Shown here: piece after piece, positions 1-9,845 of the stretch
Layout of the letters: each line of letters begins with the position of its first letter
Numbering within the stretch: the first letter of the stretch is position 1
Source: Candidatus Bathyarchaeia archaeon
GTDB lineage: Archaea; Thermoproteota; Bathyarchaeia; 40CM-2-53-6
Length of the DNA: 64,000 bases
Direction: 5' to 3'
NCBI GenBank assembly: GCA_050013255.1
Contig: JBEKFP010000001.1
Location: 1,216,001 to 1,280,000, forward strand
Translations under genes and position numbers: made by a program
Notes under the pieces: model-generated
Databases searched by the model: none
What the model saw: the letters and a program-made list of their open reading frames with translations, nothing else
What the model was told of the DNA's origin: nothing

Positions 1-2
1 TT

Positions 3-383
3 GATTTCATTTTCAGCAGTGGAGATGGGGTTGACGTCGGAGTCAGACAAGCGGCTGCAGAAAGGAACATCATGATGACTGGCGTGTACGCCGACGCAGC
101 ACACTTGGATCCGACCCACATTATGCAAAGCATCGTCGTTCACTGGGACATTGCGTACCTTACAGCTCTCGCTGACTACGTCAGAGGCGATTACAAGAAC
201 ATCTGGCTACAAGCAGACTTGTTCTCCGGCATGGTTTCCCTAGGCGAATTTGGGTCTCTTGTGCCTGCGAACTATCAGGCTGCTCTTCTACAAGCACAAT
301 TCAACATACGATTGAACAGTCTTCCATACACGCTGGACCCGACGTGCTTCGACAACGGAAACCAACCGCAGTGCAAACCATAG
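3..383 (+). CDS. BMP-family ABC transporter substrate-binding protein, C-terminal part (5' truncated by window)
   Basis: Frame is open from base 3 (DFIFSSGDGVDVGVRQAAAERNIMMTGV...SIVVHWD); resembles the BMP/PnrA C-terminus and precedes two ABC permeases. Confidence 0.7.
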   Translation, partial: DFIFSSGDGVDVGVRQAAAERNIMMTGVYADAAHLDPTHIMQSIVVHWDIAYLTALADYVRGDYKNIWLQADLFSGMVSLGEFGSLVPANYQAALLQAQFNIRLNSLPYTLDPTCFDNGNQPQCKP

Positions 384-1399
384 ACCGGCTTCGGGGCGTG
401 GGCTACAATGCCTTCGCACTCGCAGTCGGTATAGTCTTGGGGCTCGCTATAGTCGTCGCCATTGGGGGCGACATTAGAGCAGCCTCAACCTCTCTTTTGT
501 TAAGTCCGATAAGTTCCGTCTATTCCTTTAGTGAGATTTTCGTTCGAGTGACCATACTTCTGATTATGGGTTTGGGAATTGCCCTTGGTCTCAGGGCCGG
601 GGTCTGGAATGTTGGTGCTGAAGGCCAATACATTGTCGGTAGCGTCATGGCGATGTACGTTGCCTTCCACGTCACATCGGTTCCTCCGTCAATAGTGATC
701 GTTCTAATGATTTTGGCAGGTGCCGCGGGAGGTCTCCTCTGGATGGTTGTTCCTGCGCTCCTTAAGGCCAAGTTTGGAGCCAATGAAATTGTAGTTACTC
801 TTCTGCTGAACCTTGTTGCCTCCAACTTCCTACTGTATGCCCTCGACGGGCCCATCCGCGGGAAAGCTTCTTTCGGCTATCTAATCTCAGATATGTTACC
901 TACTGATCTGAGAATTCCGAAACTGATTCCAGCAACAAGACTCGGGTTTGGGATTGTAATCGCTATTGTCTTGGTCGTTGCCTTCTACTTGCTGAGCGAA
1001 AGGACTTCTTTCGGACTTCAAGTTAGGACTGTGGGAAAGAATCTGGAAGCCGCAAAATACGCGGGCATTAGCGTCCCTAGAGTCTACATTGTCACTTTGC
1101 TGCTAGCGGGTGCAATGGCTGGCCTCGCTGGAGCAATTCACGTGAGCGGTGTCATTTACACCCTAGACCCCGGTTACCCCTCAGGTTATGGGTATATCGC
1201 AATAATCGTCGCGATGCTAGGTGGGACGTCTGTGATAGGCACCGCAGTCGCTTCGGTAGTCATTAGCTACTTCGTCGTTGGCGCCGAAAATATGCAAAGC
1301 GCTGCACAGGTTCCTTTCGCATTGGTCTACACAATCGAAGGAATTATCCTCTTCAGCCTAGCTGCCGGTCAGTATTTAATGGGACGGAAAAAGTCGTGA
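371..1399 (+). CDS. ABC transporter permease (nucleoside/sugar, BPD_transp_2)
   Basis: WNVGAEGQ and NEIVVTLLLN motifs, multiple TM helices; GTG start at 371 is likely (ORF track starts at 344). Confidence 0.9.
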   Translation: MQTIDRLRGVGYNAFALAVGIVLGLAIVVAIGGDIRAASTSLLLSPISSVYSFSEIFVRVTILLIMGLGIALGLRAGVWNVGAEGQYIVGSVMAMYVAFHVTSVPPSIVIVLMILAGAAGGLLWMVVPALLKAKFGANEIVVTLLLNLVASNFLLYALDGPIRGKASFGYLISDMLPTDLRIPKLIPATRLGFGIVIAIVLVVAFYLLSERTSFGLQVRTVGKNLEAAKYAGISVPRVYIVTLLLAGAMAGLAGAIHVSGVIYTLDPGYPSGYGYIAIIVAMLGGTSVIGTAVASVVISYFVVGAENMQSAAQVPFALVYTIEGIILFSLAAGQYLMGRKKS

Positions 1400-1406
1400 G
1401 TTCCAC

Positions 1407-2420
1407 TTGTTAAGTAAGTTAAGTAAGTTTTCGCTCAAGACTTGGATTTTGGCCGCCATCATAGGCGTTGCAGTTATGTTGGTGGTTTACGAGCAGTTCG
1501 GCATGTTATTCTTGGAAGCAATTCTTTACCAGACCCTCAAACTAGTTCCTGCACTCTTGCTAGCCGCTCTTGGCGAGTTAATCGCGGAAAAATCAGGTGT
1601 TCTAAACTTAGGAGTGGAAGGGCTCATGCTAATGGGTGCCTTCACGGCCTTCGGCGTAACCTACGTTACTGGAGATCCCGTGATAGGAGTGCTTGCCGCA
1701 ATGGGATTTACTGTTCTTCTCGGTCTAGCCTTCTCCTTCTTCGCGATTAGTCTGCGTACCAATCAGGTCGTAATTGGGCTCGGCCTCTGGCTCTTTGGAC
1801 TGGGGTTATCAGACACCTTGAACCGAGCTTTCTTTACGTCTGGAGCTCCGAGCACTATTCCCATAATCGGAGACATGCATATCCCGGTACTCTCAACGCT
1901 GCCATTGATTGGGAGGTTCATCTTTCAACAGAACCCCATCGTCTACATTTCCATTGCCCTCATACCTGTAGTCGACATTTTCTTGAATAGGACCAGCCTT
2001 GGCGTGAAGATTCGGGCAGTAGGTGAAAACCCGCGTGCAGCTGAAACGATGGGTGTTGACGTTTACAAGATCCGATACGTAGCCGTGCTCATAGGTGCCG
2101 CATTTGCCGGCGCGGGAGGAGCATACTACACGACAACTCTCCTGGGAACTTTCATTCTAAACATCACATTTAGCCGCGGATTCATCGCACTCGCGCTCAT
2201 CTACTTTGGTAAGTGGAAACCTTACAAAGTCTTATTGCCGTTGATTGTTTTCAGTTTTGTTGATTCTTTCCAGCTCGGTCTGCAGGGCGCAGGGGTCCCG
2301 ATCAAATACTTCTTTCTGAATATGCTCCCCTACATCACTATCGTTGCATTGATTCCAATTCTCGGTAGAAAGGCCATTGCTCCGGCTGCTCTGATGCAAC
2401 CCTACAAGAAGGGCGGGTAG
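1407..2420 (+). CDS. ABC transporter permease (nucleoside/sugar)
   Basis: EKSGVLNLGVEG, AVGENPRAA and GFIALA motifs. Confidence 0.9.
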   Translation: MLSKLSKFSLKTWILAAIIGVAVMLVVYEQFGMLFLEAILYQTLKLVPALLLAALGELIAEKSGVLNLGVEGLMLMGAFTAFGVTYVTGDPVIGVLAAMGFTVLLGLAFSFFAISLRTNQVVIGLGLWLFGLGLSDTLNRAFFTSGAPSTIPIIGDMHIPVLSTLPLIGRFIFQQNPIVYISIALIPVVDIFLNRTSLGVKIRAVGENPRAAETMGVDVYKIRYVAVLIGAAFAGAGGAYYTTTLLGTFILNITFSRGFIALALIYFGKWKPYKVLLPLIVFSFVDSFQLGLQGAGVPIKYFFLNMLPYITIVALIPILGRKAIAPAALMQPYKKGG

Positions 2421-2444
2421 GGGAGAAGGCTACTCCATCTACTA

Positions 2445-3995
2445 TTAGCTAGACTTACTCTGCGTCATCAGTTTAGCTATCTCTTCAATTTTGACGGCAC
2501 CAATAGGAAATGTTCCTGAAATTTTGCCGTTGGATATGACCGCGATTCTATCGCTCATGTCCAATAATTCATCAAGTTCAGTGGAGATAAGTAGGATTGC
2601 TTTTCCCCTTTCTTTCTCTCTCATCAGGAGCTTACGTGTATACTCCGTTGCGGCTACGTCTAAGCCCTTCGTGGGGTTGTGGGCTACTATTATCTTCGGA
2701 TCCCAGAAGAGTTCTCTCGAAAGGAGAAACTTCTGCTTATTCCCCCCTGACAGAGTCCATACAGGAACTGTTTGAGACTGGGCGCGGACGTCATACTCAG
2801 ACATGAGTTTGGTTAGTTGAATGCCAATTGATCGTAAGTCGAGCAATCCAACCTTAGTGAACATTCTAGCCACGTGCGGCTCGATTACCAAATTATCAGA
2901 TAGCGGGAAGTCGAATACCAAACCTGTCTTCTGGTCTTCAGGAATGTGCGCTACGCCGAGTTGTCTGATTTCATCAGGAACCCATCCCGTCACATCCTTA
3001 CCCATGGCAGAAATCTTCCCAGCAGTAGGTTTCCGAATGCACGTCGCTACCTCGACAAGTTCCTTCTGGCCATTCCCAGCAATACCTGCTATCCCTAGTA
3101 TCTCTCCGCCCTTGACGGAAATTGAGATCCCGTCCAAGGCGGTGAGTCCCAAGTTATTCACCGCCGATATGCTACTTAACTCAAGGAGCGGGGTAGTTGT
3201 CTCAGAGGTCAGCCTCTCCGTTCGGAACAGGACCTCACGGCCCACAATCATCTTCGCAAGTTCGGGTCCAGTCACTTTTTTCGTGCTTTCGGTGGCCACA
3301 ACTTTGCCTTGCTTCAGAACGGTAACGTTGTCGGTCACTGCTAAGATCTCATCGATCTTGTGTGAGACAAATACAATAGACTTCCCCGCCTTCGCCATTT
3401 GACGCAGAGCAGAGAAAAGTTCACGCGTTTCTAAGGGCGTGAGAACGGAGGTCGGTTCATCCAGAATCAGGACGTTTGCGCCTTTGAGAAGAGCCTTCAT
3501 AATCTCGACCGACTGCCTCTGCCCAGCAGATAGTTCACGAACCGTTGCATTCGGGTCAACGGCTAGCCCGTTTCGTTTCGAAACATCGTTGATTTCTTTT
3601 TCCAGTCTCTCGCGTTTTACGAGGGGATGCCTCAAGCTCTCGTCCTGCATTACAGCAACGTTCTCAACCACTGTCATTGAATTGATGAGCATGAACTCTT
3701 GGTGAACCATGGCGATTTTCGCGGCCATTGCGTCGCGGGGCGAGTGAAAGTGAGTTTCTTTTCCATATACTAGGATTCTTCCAGAGTCAGGTCGCAGAAG
3801 ACCATAGAGCATGTTGCACAGAGTCGTCTTTCCTGCACCATTCTCTCCAAGAAGCGCGTGGACTTCGCCTTGCTTGACGCTGAAGTTGACGTTGTCATTC
3901 GCAACGAGCGTCCCGAATCGTTTTGTTATGCCCTCAGCCACGAGTGCGTAATCATTTTCAAGTGACGTGTTTGGATTCGTCATCCCGAGTTCCAC
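2445..3995 (-). CDS. ABC transporter ATP-binding protein with two NBDs (CUT2/nucleoside type)
   Basis: Walker A GENGAGKT, LDEPT, LSGGNKQK, PTKGLDV. Confidence 0.95.
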   Translation of the reverse strand: MELGMTNPNTSLENDYALVAEGITKRFGTLVANDNVNFSVKQGEVHALLGENGAGKTTLCNMLYGLLRPDSGRILVYGKETHFHSPRDAMAAKIAMVHQEFMLINSMTVVENVAVMQDESLRHPLVKRERLEKEINDVSKRNGLAVDPNATVRELSAGQRQSVEIMKALLKGANVLILDEPTSVLTPLETRELFSALRQMAKAGKSIVFVSHKIDEILAVTDNVTVLKQGKVVATESTKKVTGPELAKMIVGREVLFRTERLTSETTTPLLELSSISAVNNLGLTALDGISISVKGGEILGIAGIAGNGQKELVEVATCIRKPTAGKISAMGKDVTGWVPDEIRQLGVAHIPEDQKTGLVFDFPLSDNLVIEPHVARMFTKVGLLDLRSIGIQLTKLMSEYDVRAQSQTVPVWTLSGGNKQKFLLSRELFWDPKIIVAHNPTKGLDVAATEYTRKLLMREKERGKAILLISTELDELLDMSDRIAVISNGKISGTFPIGAVKIEEIAKLMTQSKSS

Positions 3996-4053
3996 TGTGT
4001 TGGAGAGAATGATTGGGCTAAAGAGTGTTGTGGCAATTCTGAAATGATTATAC

Positions 4054-5013
4054 TTGGAGAAATTACTCTATGTGCTTCATTATCTGCTTGGACGCCGGCA
4101 ACGCGTATTAGCGCATGCCCGCAGAGTAGACGGAATCACGACATGGGGATGGGTAGTAGTGAAGCTAGGCAGTCCAAAATTCGTCAAAGGGCTCCTACTT
4201 GCATCTCTGATGATTCTCGTACTTTGTATTTCTTCGCCACCGATGGCATCATACGCGCTTCAAGACGCGAAAATAGAACTAACCTTTAGCAATGATAGAC
4301 CCTTGCGGGGGGATGTCATAACAATTGCTGGACGCCTCTCAACGACAGTAGACAATCGTCCAATCCCTTTAGCCTCAGTTAGTTTGGAATACACTAGGGT
4401 GGGAGATACAAGCCCAACCCGCGAGGTATCCATGATTACCTCGAACCCCAGCGGTCTCTTTCAGGACATTGTGAACACAACATATCTCCTACGAATCGGT
4501 CCATGGATAGTCAATGCATCATTTCCAAGCCAGGTAGGTTACCAAGCGACATCAACCACGAAAACATTCACGGTAGTCGTCCAGCCAAGCCTCTCACTTT
4601 ACCTCTCCATGAATCACGTCAGCCTCGGTCGCGAAGTTGAGTTCAACGGGCTCCTGTTTGCTTGCATTCCATGCCTTCATGACCAAGTCGTTGTAAAACT
4701 GTTCCGCCCAGATAATACATCAATTATGCTAACCCTCGACCTCAATGCTATAGGCGGGCCCTACCCAGCAGGGTTCTATGAAGGCAGTTACGTACCTGAT
4801 ACGCCGGGCCAATGGCATATTCAAGCCATCTGGGAAGGAGATAACGTGAGTCTACCTGCATACTCGGAGGTCCATACGCTGGATGTCGAATCACAGTCGA
4901 ATCTTGCAGGACTCCCTGTAATGCAGTTCTACGAAGTCCTTGCTATCATAGCGGGAGCAATTGCACTAGCGGTCTTTCTCATACGAAGGCGCGTCAGCAA
5001 ACGGCCTCAGTAA
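4054..5013 (+). CDS. Secreted/membrane-anchored Ig-like domain protein
   Basis: Signal-like hydrophobic segment, beta-rich repeats, C-terminal TM followed by RRR; true start probably ~4150. Confidence 0.65.
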   Translation: MEKLLYVLHYLLGRRQRVLAHARRVDGITTWGWVVVKLGSPKFVKGLLLASLMILVLCISSPPMASYALQDAKIELTFSNDRPLRGDVITIAGRLSTTVDNRPIPLASVSLEYTRVGDTSPTREVSMITSNPSGLFQDIVNTTYLLRIGPWIVNASFPSQVGYQATSTTKTFTVVVQPSLSLYLSMNHVSLGREVEFNGLLFACIPCLHDQVVVKLFRPDNTSIMLTLDLNAIGGPYPAGFYEGSYVPDTPGQWHIQAIWEGDNVSLPAYSEVHTLDVESQSNLAGLPVMQFYEVLAIIAGAIALAVFLIRRRVSKRPQ

Positions 5014-5029
5014 GATGACCGTGACTGGG

Positions 5030-5767
5030 TTAGACGTCTGCTTTCTCTGGAATCCTGAATTTTTGCGACTTGGCTAGCAGGTCCTTTGGTACCGGTTTCT
5101 CACCAAGGTAGCGGGCGTACTTCAATTTCACGAAGTTCTCCCAGTCTTCCTTCGCAGTGTAGAAGATCCGTGAGCCACCGAGTTCGTGCTGCATCTCGGG
5201 GAAGGGTTTCTGCTTGGGAGCCCATTCAGTTCCCATGATCCTCAGGCCGATGTAGCTTTCGAAGGTTGCCCACCATTCCCTCGCTCCCAAATGGTCAAAG
5301 GCGTGCTCCATCTTCGCGAAGTAGAGGGCGGGCCCCACATCAATACCACGTTTGAATGACATTGTGTGAAGGCTGATCGCGATATTCTGATCCCACATTC
5401 TTGCGTTGACGATTCCTACTAGTTTGTCGTCTTGAATTCCCAGTAGCAGGTAGTGGTCCTTAATTCTGTACATCTTCCAGGCCAAGATTTCTGCGTACGT
5501 CCGCCACGCGACGATATCGTAGAAGTCTTTGTTGACATCGACGTAGAGTCTAACTGCCTTGAGAACCTCTGGTGCTTCGGCTCGACTGGCTTGCCGAACA
5601 ACAATTTTGCTTCCATCCTTCATACCCACAAGCTTGGGAGGGTAAACGGCTTTTTCCAAGTAGGGAGCGTCAACAGCCCTGAGAATCGCCTCCATATCCT
5701 GAACTCGCAACTTATGTTCCGTCATAGAGACTTCTGTTGGCGGTTCATAGTAAGTCATAGAATTCAC
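5030..5767 (-). CDS. Conserved hypothetical protein, GNAT-like fold
   Basis: KIVVRQA...LVGIVNAR...KRGIDVG pattern resembles GNAT. Confidence 0.5.
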   Translation of the reverse strand: MNSMTYYEPPTEVSMTEHKLRVQDMEAILRAVDAPYLEKAVYPPKLVGMKDGSKIVVRQASRAEAPEVLKAVRLYVDVNKDFYDIVAWRTYAEILAWKMYRIKDHYLLLGIQDDKLVGIVNARMWDQNIAISLHTMSFKRGIDVGPALYFAKMEHAFDHLGAREWWATFESYIGLRIMGTEWAPKQKPFPEMQHELGGSRIFYTAKEDWENFVKLKYARYLGEKPVPKDLLAKSQKFRIPEKADV

Positions 5768-5953
5768 TTGGAGGGCTGAAGTGAATTTGTTCCAATATGA
5801 GTGTTATTCTTCGTTTCCAGCATGTCTAGTAACGCTACAACCTCTATTCGAAAGTTGGGGAATTTTCATTTGATTCATTCCGTTATTGTCGCATGTAGTA
5901 AATGCCCAAAAGACTTGTCAAGCGGGCAACTCGAACTTGATTTTGAGCGAGCC

Positions 5954-6802
5954 TTGAAGTTTCTTGACTTAACTATCCCACTCGGAATTGCTACACCACC
6001 GTGGCCGACGTACGAACCGCTTCAGCTGAAATACTTCAAACGGTTGGCTCCCAACGGAGCGAACGGCCAAGTCCTAACGCACTCGAACCATGTCGGAACC
6101 CATTTGGACGGTGAGATCCATTTCTTCACCCCTGGAAAGGATATGGCGAGTTTGACGATGGACTTCCTGGTTGGACCGGGCGCTGTTGTCGACCTTTCCG
6201 ATGTTGCCGGTGATTACGATGTATACACTTCGAAGATGATTGAAGATAGAGTCAAAGTTGGAGAAGGCGACATACTCCTCATCCATACTGGCTACCACAG
6301 GTATGGTTGGGATCAACCGACGGCGGACGAGATTCGGTATATGGTGAAGCACCCAGGCCCAGACAGGGAGTTTGCCGAATGGGCGAAGCGGAAGAAGATC
6401 AAATGGATTGGCGTCGACTGCGGCAGCGCCGACCATCCAATGAACACGATTATTCGTGATTGGATGCCCAGACAGGCAAAAGAGGCTGACGCGCACTTTC
6501 AGAAGAAGTTCGGCATGAAATTGAACGAGTACTTCACGGACGATAAGTACCAACTCATGCATATCGAAATGTTTCCTTATGGAATCATTCACGCCGAATG
6601 CGTTGGCGGCGACATAGACCTACTCCTCAACAAACGCACAACCATCGGCTTCTTCCCGTGGCGCTTCGTAGACGGCGAGGCAAGCATTGGACGGTGTGTA
6701 GCCGTCATGGATGATACCGAATACGAACAAGCGATGAAAAAGAAAGCCGCGCTACCGAAAACCCGCTTTGGGGATTCGATCGGATGCAAAGGTTTCAAGT
6801 GA
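5954..6802 (+). CDS. Cyclase family metallohydrolase (kynurenine formamidase-like)
   Basis: HxGTHxD (HVGTHLD), GDILLIHTG, IGVDCGSAD; TTG start giving MKFLDLT. Confidence 0.9.
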   Translation: MKFLDLTIPLGIATPPWPTYEPLQLKYFKRLAPNGANGQVLTHSNHVGTHLDGEIHFFTPGKDMASLTMDFLVGPGAVVDLSDVAGDYDVYTSKMIEDRVKVGEGDILLIHTGYHRYGWDQPTADEIRYMVKHPGPDREFAEWAKRKKIKWIGVDCGSADHPMNTIIRDWMPRQAKEADAHFQKKFGMKLNEYFTDDKYQLMHIEMFPYGIIHAECVGGDIDLLLNKRTTIGFFPWRFVDGEASIGRCVAVMDDTEYEQAMKKKAALPKTRFGDSIGCKGFK

Positions 6803-6857
6803 ATTAAGGACCCCTTCCATTTTACACTCAGCTTGAGGCCAGAATAGACAGCTGTGC

Positions 6858-7133
6858 TTACCGCTTTCTGGCAGTCGCATGTATCGCAAACATAGAAACT
6901 ACTAGGGCGATAAGGACCCAGATCGCTAGGTCTGCCATGAACATGTCCCAAAGAATATGGTCGCCCATCGGGATCACTCGTATGACCCATGGAAACGGTG
7001 CCCCCTTTTGGACCACGTCAACACCCATCCTGGTGAAGGGCGTCATGAATAGGCCCGAAATGGCCGTAACAACCGCCCCAACTATCGCAGAGGTTACCAT
7101 ACCAATTGCAAACTTGGATTTCAACCCAGACAC
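6858..7133 (-). CDS. Small membrane protein
   Basis: Two TM helices and a GAPFPW loop. Confidence 0.55.
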   Translation of the reverse strand: MSGLKSKFAIGMVTSAIVGAVVTAISGLFMTPFTRMGVDVVQKGAPFPWVIRVIPMGDHILWDMFMADLAIWVLIALVVSMFAIHATARKR

Positions 7134-7242
7134 TTCCGCATCGAATTAGACAGTCCGCCTCCCGCGTAATCAATCAATAATTTCGAACGCGTGTTCGGCA
7201 TGTTCGAACAAATCACTTCACACTTGCTTACACGAATAATCA

Positions 7243-7265
7243 GGAAGAAAAAAGGTAAAGAAAAA
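7243..7265 (-). terminator. Oligo-T tract downstream of alba
   Basis: Plus-strand A-rich GGAAGAAAAAAGGTAAAGAAAAA reads as a U-rich tract on the alba strand. Confidence 0.5.
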
Positions 7266-7302
7266 TGGTGATGAGGTTCATCCACGAACCGTCGAGTTTA
7301 GG

Positions 7303-7650
7303 CTACTTCTTCGTTAGCTTAATCTCGATCGTGGAAACATTTCTCGTTTGGCCCTCTTCACCTAGCACTTCGGTTCCTATGTTCACGTCCTTTATCTCCA
7401 ACTTTCCTTCGAAGAAGCGTCTTCGGCAAACTTCGACTACGTCGACTGCCTTAGATATGACGCGGCCTCGTGCCTTAACGGAAAGTTCCTTAGAACCACT
7501 GTTGATTTGCATAACGATAGCGGTTGCGTAGGCCATCAACGGTTTCTGGCCGATTAGGACTGTATTCATTGGAATGTTGCCTCTGGTGGAAGGGGCTCTT
7601 TGCGCAACTGGCGCAACTGGCGTTACTGGCGTAACTGGTTTTTCTGTCAA
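7303..7650 (-). CDS. albA: DNA/RNA-binding protein Alba
   Basis: VLIGQKPLMAY...KARGRVISKAVDVVE...NVSTIEI; GGAGGTGA Shine-Dalgarno before the TTG at 7650. Confidence 0.95.
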   Translation of the reverse strand: MTEKPVTPVTPVAPVAQRAPSTRGNIPMNTVLIGQKPLMAYATAIVMQINSGSKELSVKARGRVISKAVDVVEVCRRRFFEGKLEIKDVNIGTEVLGEEGQTRNVSTIEIKLTKK

Positions 7651-7886
7651 GCGTTGTTCACCTCCGTGATGAAAGTATGCTGGAAGTGTTGTAGCATCGG
7701 CGACACCACTTCCAACGAATAAAAGCCTTCCTGCGTGAACCGACTGATTCAAACCTGGAACACGTGAGTGATTTTTCAATTCTCGCAGTTCGTAAGGACT
7801 GTAAGAAGCCATAGTTTTGGAAGAACGAATGTGCAGTCGAGGCGCATTAAATAGGATGTTAATGCATTCCCAAACCTAGAGCACAT

Positions 7887-8210
7887 ATGGCGGAGAGCAG
7901 CCCCGAGAAGAAGAGCCCGTCAAAATTGGAAATTGACAGGGCGAATGATTTCAAATTCCATATCGCTTACGGCGTTTATTCCCGAACGTGGGATGAGAAT
8001 TCTTCAGACGCGACTCGATTGAAACTTAACGAATTGATTTCGTCTCTTGCAAGCAATGAGGACGGGTATCAGGATTTCTACGGCCAAATTCAGGAATTCC
8101 GGAGGGATCAGCCAGCCTTCCGATCCGGTCGGACAAGAATTGAGACTCAAAGGAAGAGAGACTGGCAGCGGGCTGATACGAGGGATGGGAGAAACCGCCG
8201 CCACAAATAA
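7887..8210 (+). CDS. Hypothetical protein with basic C-terminus
   Basis: ATG ORF with protein-like composition and an upstream TATA-like TTAAATA. Confidence 0.6.
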   Translation: MAESSPEKKSPSKLEIDRANDFKFHIAYGVYSRTWDENSSDATRLKLNELISSLASNEDGYQDFYGQIQEFRRDQPAFRSGRTRIETQRKRDWQRADTRDGRNRRHK

Positions 8211-8385
8211 GATCGCTGTCGAACTGAATTTCCGGTTTTTGAGGTAGCGTTATTAGGCGCTGAGGAGGCTATGGGAGCAAGCTATGTGTACGGGCTGAAG
8301 CCGACCGTCTTATACGTAACCAATCGTTCCGACGCGCGAGTTTTCTCCCGACGAACTAGCTGAACGAAAAGTCGAGGTGAAACGC

Positions 8386-8592
8386 ATGAGCTTTGAACGT
8401 TCCTTCAACAAGCCAGTCGAGGAAGGGAAGGAATACGAAGTTGAGATCAAAGAGACTAGCCGTCGCGGTGACGGAGTTGCTAGGATCGAAGGTTTCGTAG
8501 TCTTTGTCCCACAAACCAAACCTGGCGATAAGGTGAAGGTAAAGATCAACACTGTTGGTCCACGTTTCGCAACTGGTGAAGTCGTCAAGTAA
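8386..8592 (+). CDS. TRAM domain protein (archaeal cold-shock RNA chaperone)
   Basis: KPVEEGKEYEVEI...RRGDGVARIEGFVVFV; GAGGTGA Shine-Dalgarno before ATG at 8386. Confidence 0.93.
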   Translation: MSFERSFNKPVEEGKEYEVEIKETSRRGDGVARIEGFVVFVPQTKPGDKVKVKINTVGPRFATGEVVK

Positions 8593-8619
8593 TCTCTTGG
8601 CGTCTAAACCCGCGAAACC

Positions 8620-8646
8620 CTTTCCTTTCTTCTTATTTCTTTTTTC
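8620..8646 (+). terminator. Oligo-T terminator after the TRAM gene
   Basis: TTTCCTTTCTTCTTATTTCTTTTTTC. Confidence 0.55.
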
Positions 8647-8664
8647 ATCAAACCCTAACTAATT

Positions 8665-9801
8665 CTAGTGTGTGCCTGGCGGGAAAATTACCTGCCTTCC
8701 ACGCCAGTAAGCCGGTGTCGAATATCTCAACAGGTCAGGGTTGAACCCCCGCGCCACGCTCGAATAGTAGGCAAAGAGGTAGAGCGGAATAATGTTGGTG
8801 AACGGCGATAGGTACTCGTCTACGGCGGGGAGTTGAACGGCCTCATCGCAGAGAGAACGTAGCTCACTGTCCCCATCATCAATCAAACCGATGACGGGTG
8901 TCCCGAATTCCTTTGCTGCCTTCACTAGGGCTACATTGCGCCCGTGACACATGCCATTCGGGGCCAAGACTACGAGGGTGCTCCTATCGTCCATTGACAC
9001 CCAAGGGCCGTGCAGCAATTGTTCAGTTTCAAACCCTTGTGCAGGAATGAAACTTGTTTCCATAATCTTCAGGGCGGCCTCAAGCGTGTTAGGAACGTTA
9101 GGCCCTGTCCCTGCGAAGTAACAACTATTAGAGCTGCGCCATCCTTCCGCCAACCGCTTGCAAAGCCCATCTACAGACTTCAGCACACGCGCCGCAATCT
9201 CGGGCAGTTGATTCAGGCCTGCCTCAAGCCTATGCAAGCGATCTGGTTCGCGACCTTCGGAATGTTTCAGTAATTCAATCCCAATTCGCATACATGCTAC
9301 GGCGGACGCCACGTAGCACTTCGTGTGGCATCGTGATATGTCGGGTCCGTTTCCTACAACCAGTGTCTCGTCCGAGGCGCCTGAGATGGGTCTGCCTTCG
9401 AAATGTGTCACGCCGATAGTGAGCGCTCCCTTTCCCCTTGCATGCTTCAATGCATCGACGGTTGTCCTCGTGATACCGCTATGAGAGAGCCCGACTACGG
9501 CACATGTGTTGTCGATTGGATAGCCGTAGCTTTGAAGCTCGAGCGCGGGGACCGCTGCGCATCGGACGCTTACCTCTCTTGACGGCGAGAGGATCTGTGA
9601 ACCGAGCATTGAAGCGAAGAAGGCAGTTCCGCATCCCGTGAAATAGATGCGGCTCCTATCCTCGAGCTTTCTCGCGATAGGCTCAACTTTCTTTTCCATC
9701 GTCTGGAGTGTCTGTTTGATGGCTTGCGGTATTTCGAAGATCATGTCGTAAGTGTGAAATGGGTGAGTTGCGCGGTCGGGTTTCGGAGGTGGCTCTGACA
9801 T
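8665..9801 (-). CDS. SIS-domain sugar-phosphate isomerase/deaminase (GlmS C-terminal-like)
   Basis: TGCGTA, SHSGIT, EAALKIME, HGP and GFNPD motifs. Confidence 0.85.
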   Translation of the reverse strand: MSEPPPKPDRATHPFHTYDMIFEIPQAIKQTLQTMEKKVEPIARKLEDRSRIYFTGCGTAFFASMLGSQILSPSREVSVRCAAVPALELQSYGYPIDNTCAVVGLSHSGITRTTVDALKHARGKGALTIGVTHFEGRPISGASDETLVVGNGPDISRCHTKCYVASAVACMRIGIELLKHSEGREPDRLHRLEAGLNQLPEIAARVLKSVDGLCKRLAEGWRSSNSCYFAGTGPNVPNTLEAALKIMETSFIPAQGFETEQLLHGPWVSMDDRSTLVVLAPNGMCHGRNVALVKAAKEFGTPVIGLIDDGDSELRSLCDEAVQLPAVDEYLSPFTNIIPLYLFAYYSSVARGFNPDLLRYSTPAYWRGRQVIFPPGTH

Positions 9802-9845
9802 TAAATCTCGTCGCCATGAAAACTTGTTCTAAAGCGCTTTCCGTT

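Noticed and set aside
7182-7210. TTCGAAC/GTTCGAA inverted repeat as an operator
   Set aside because: Short, a single instance and no cognate regulator nearby
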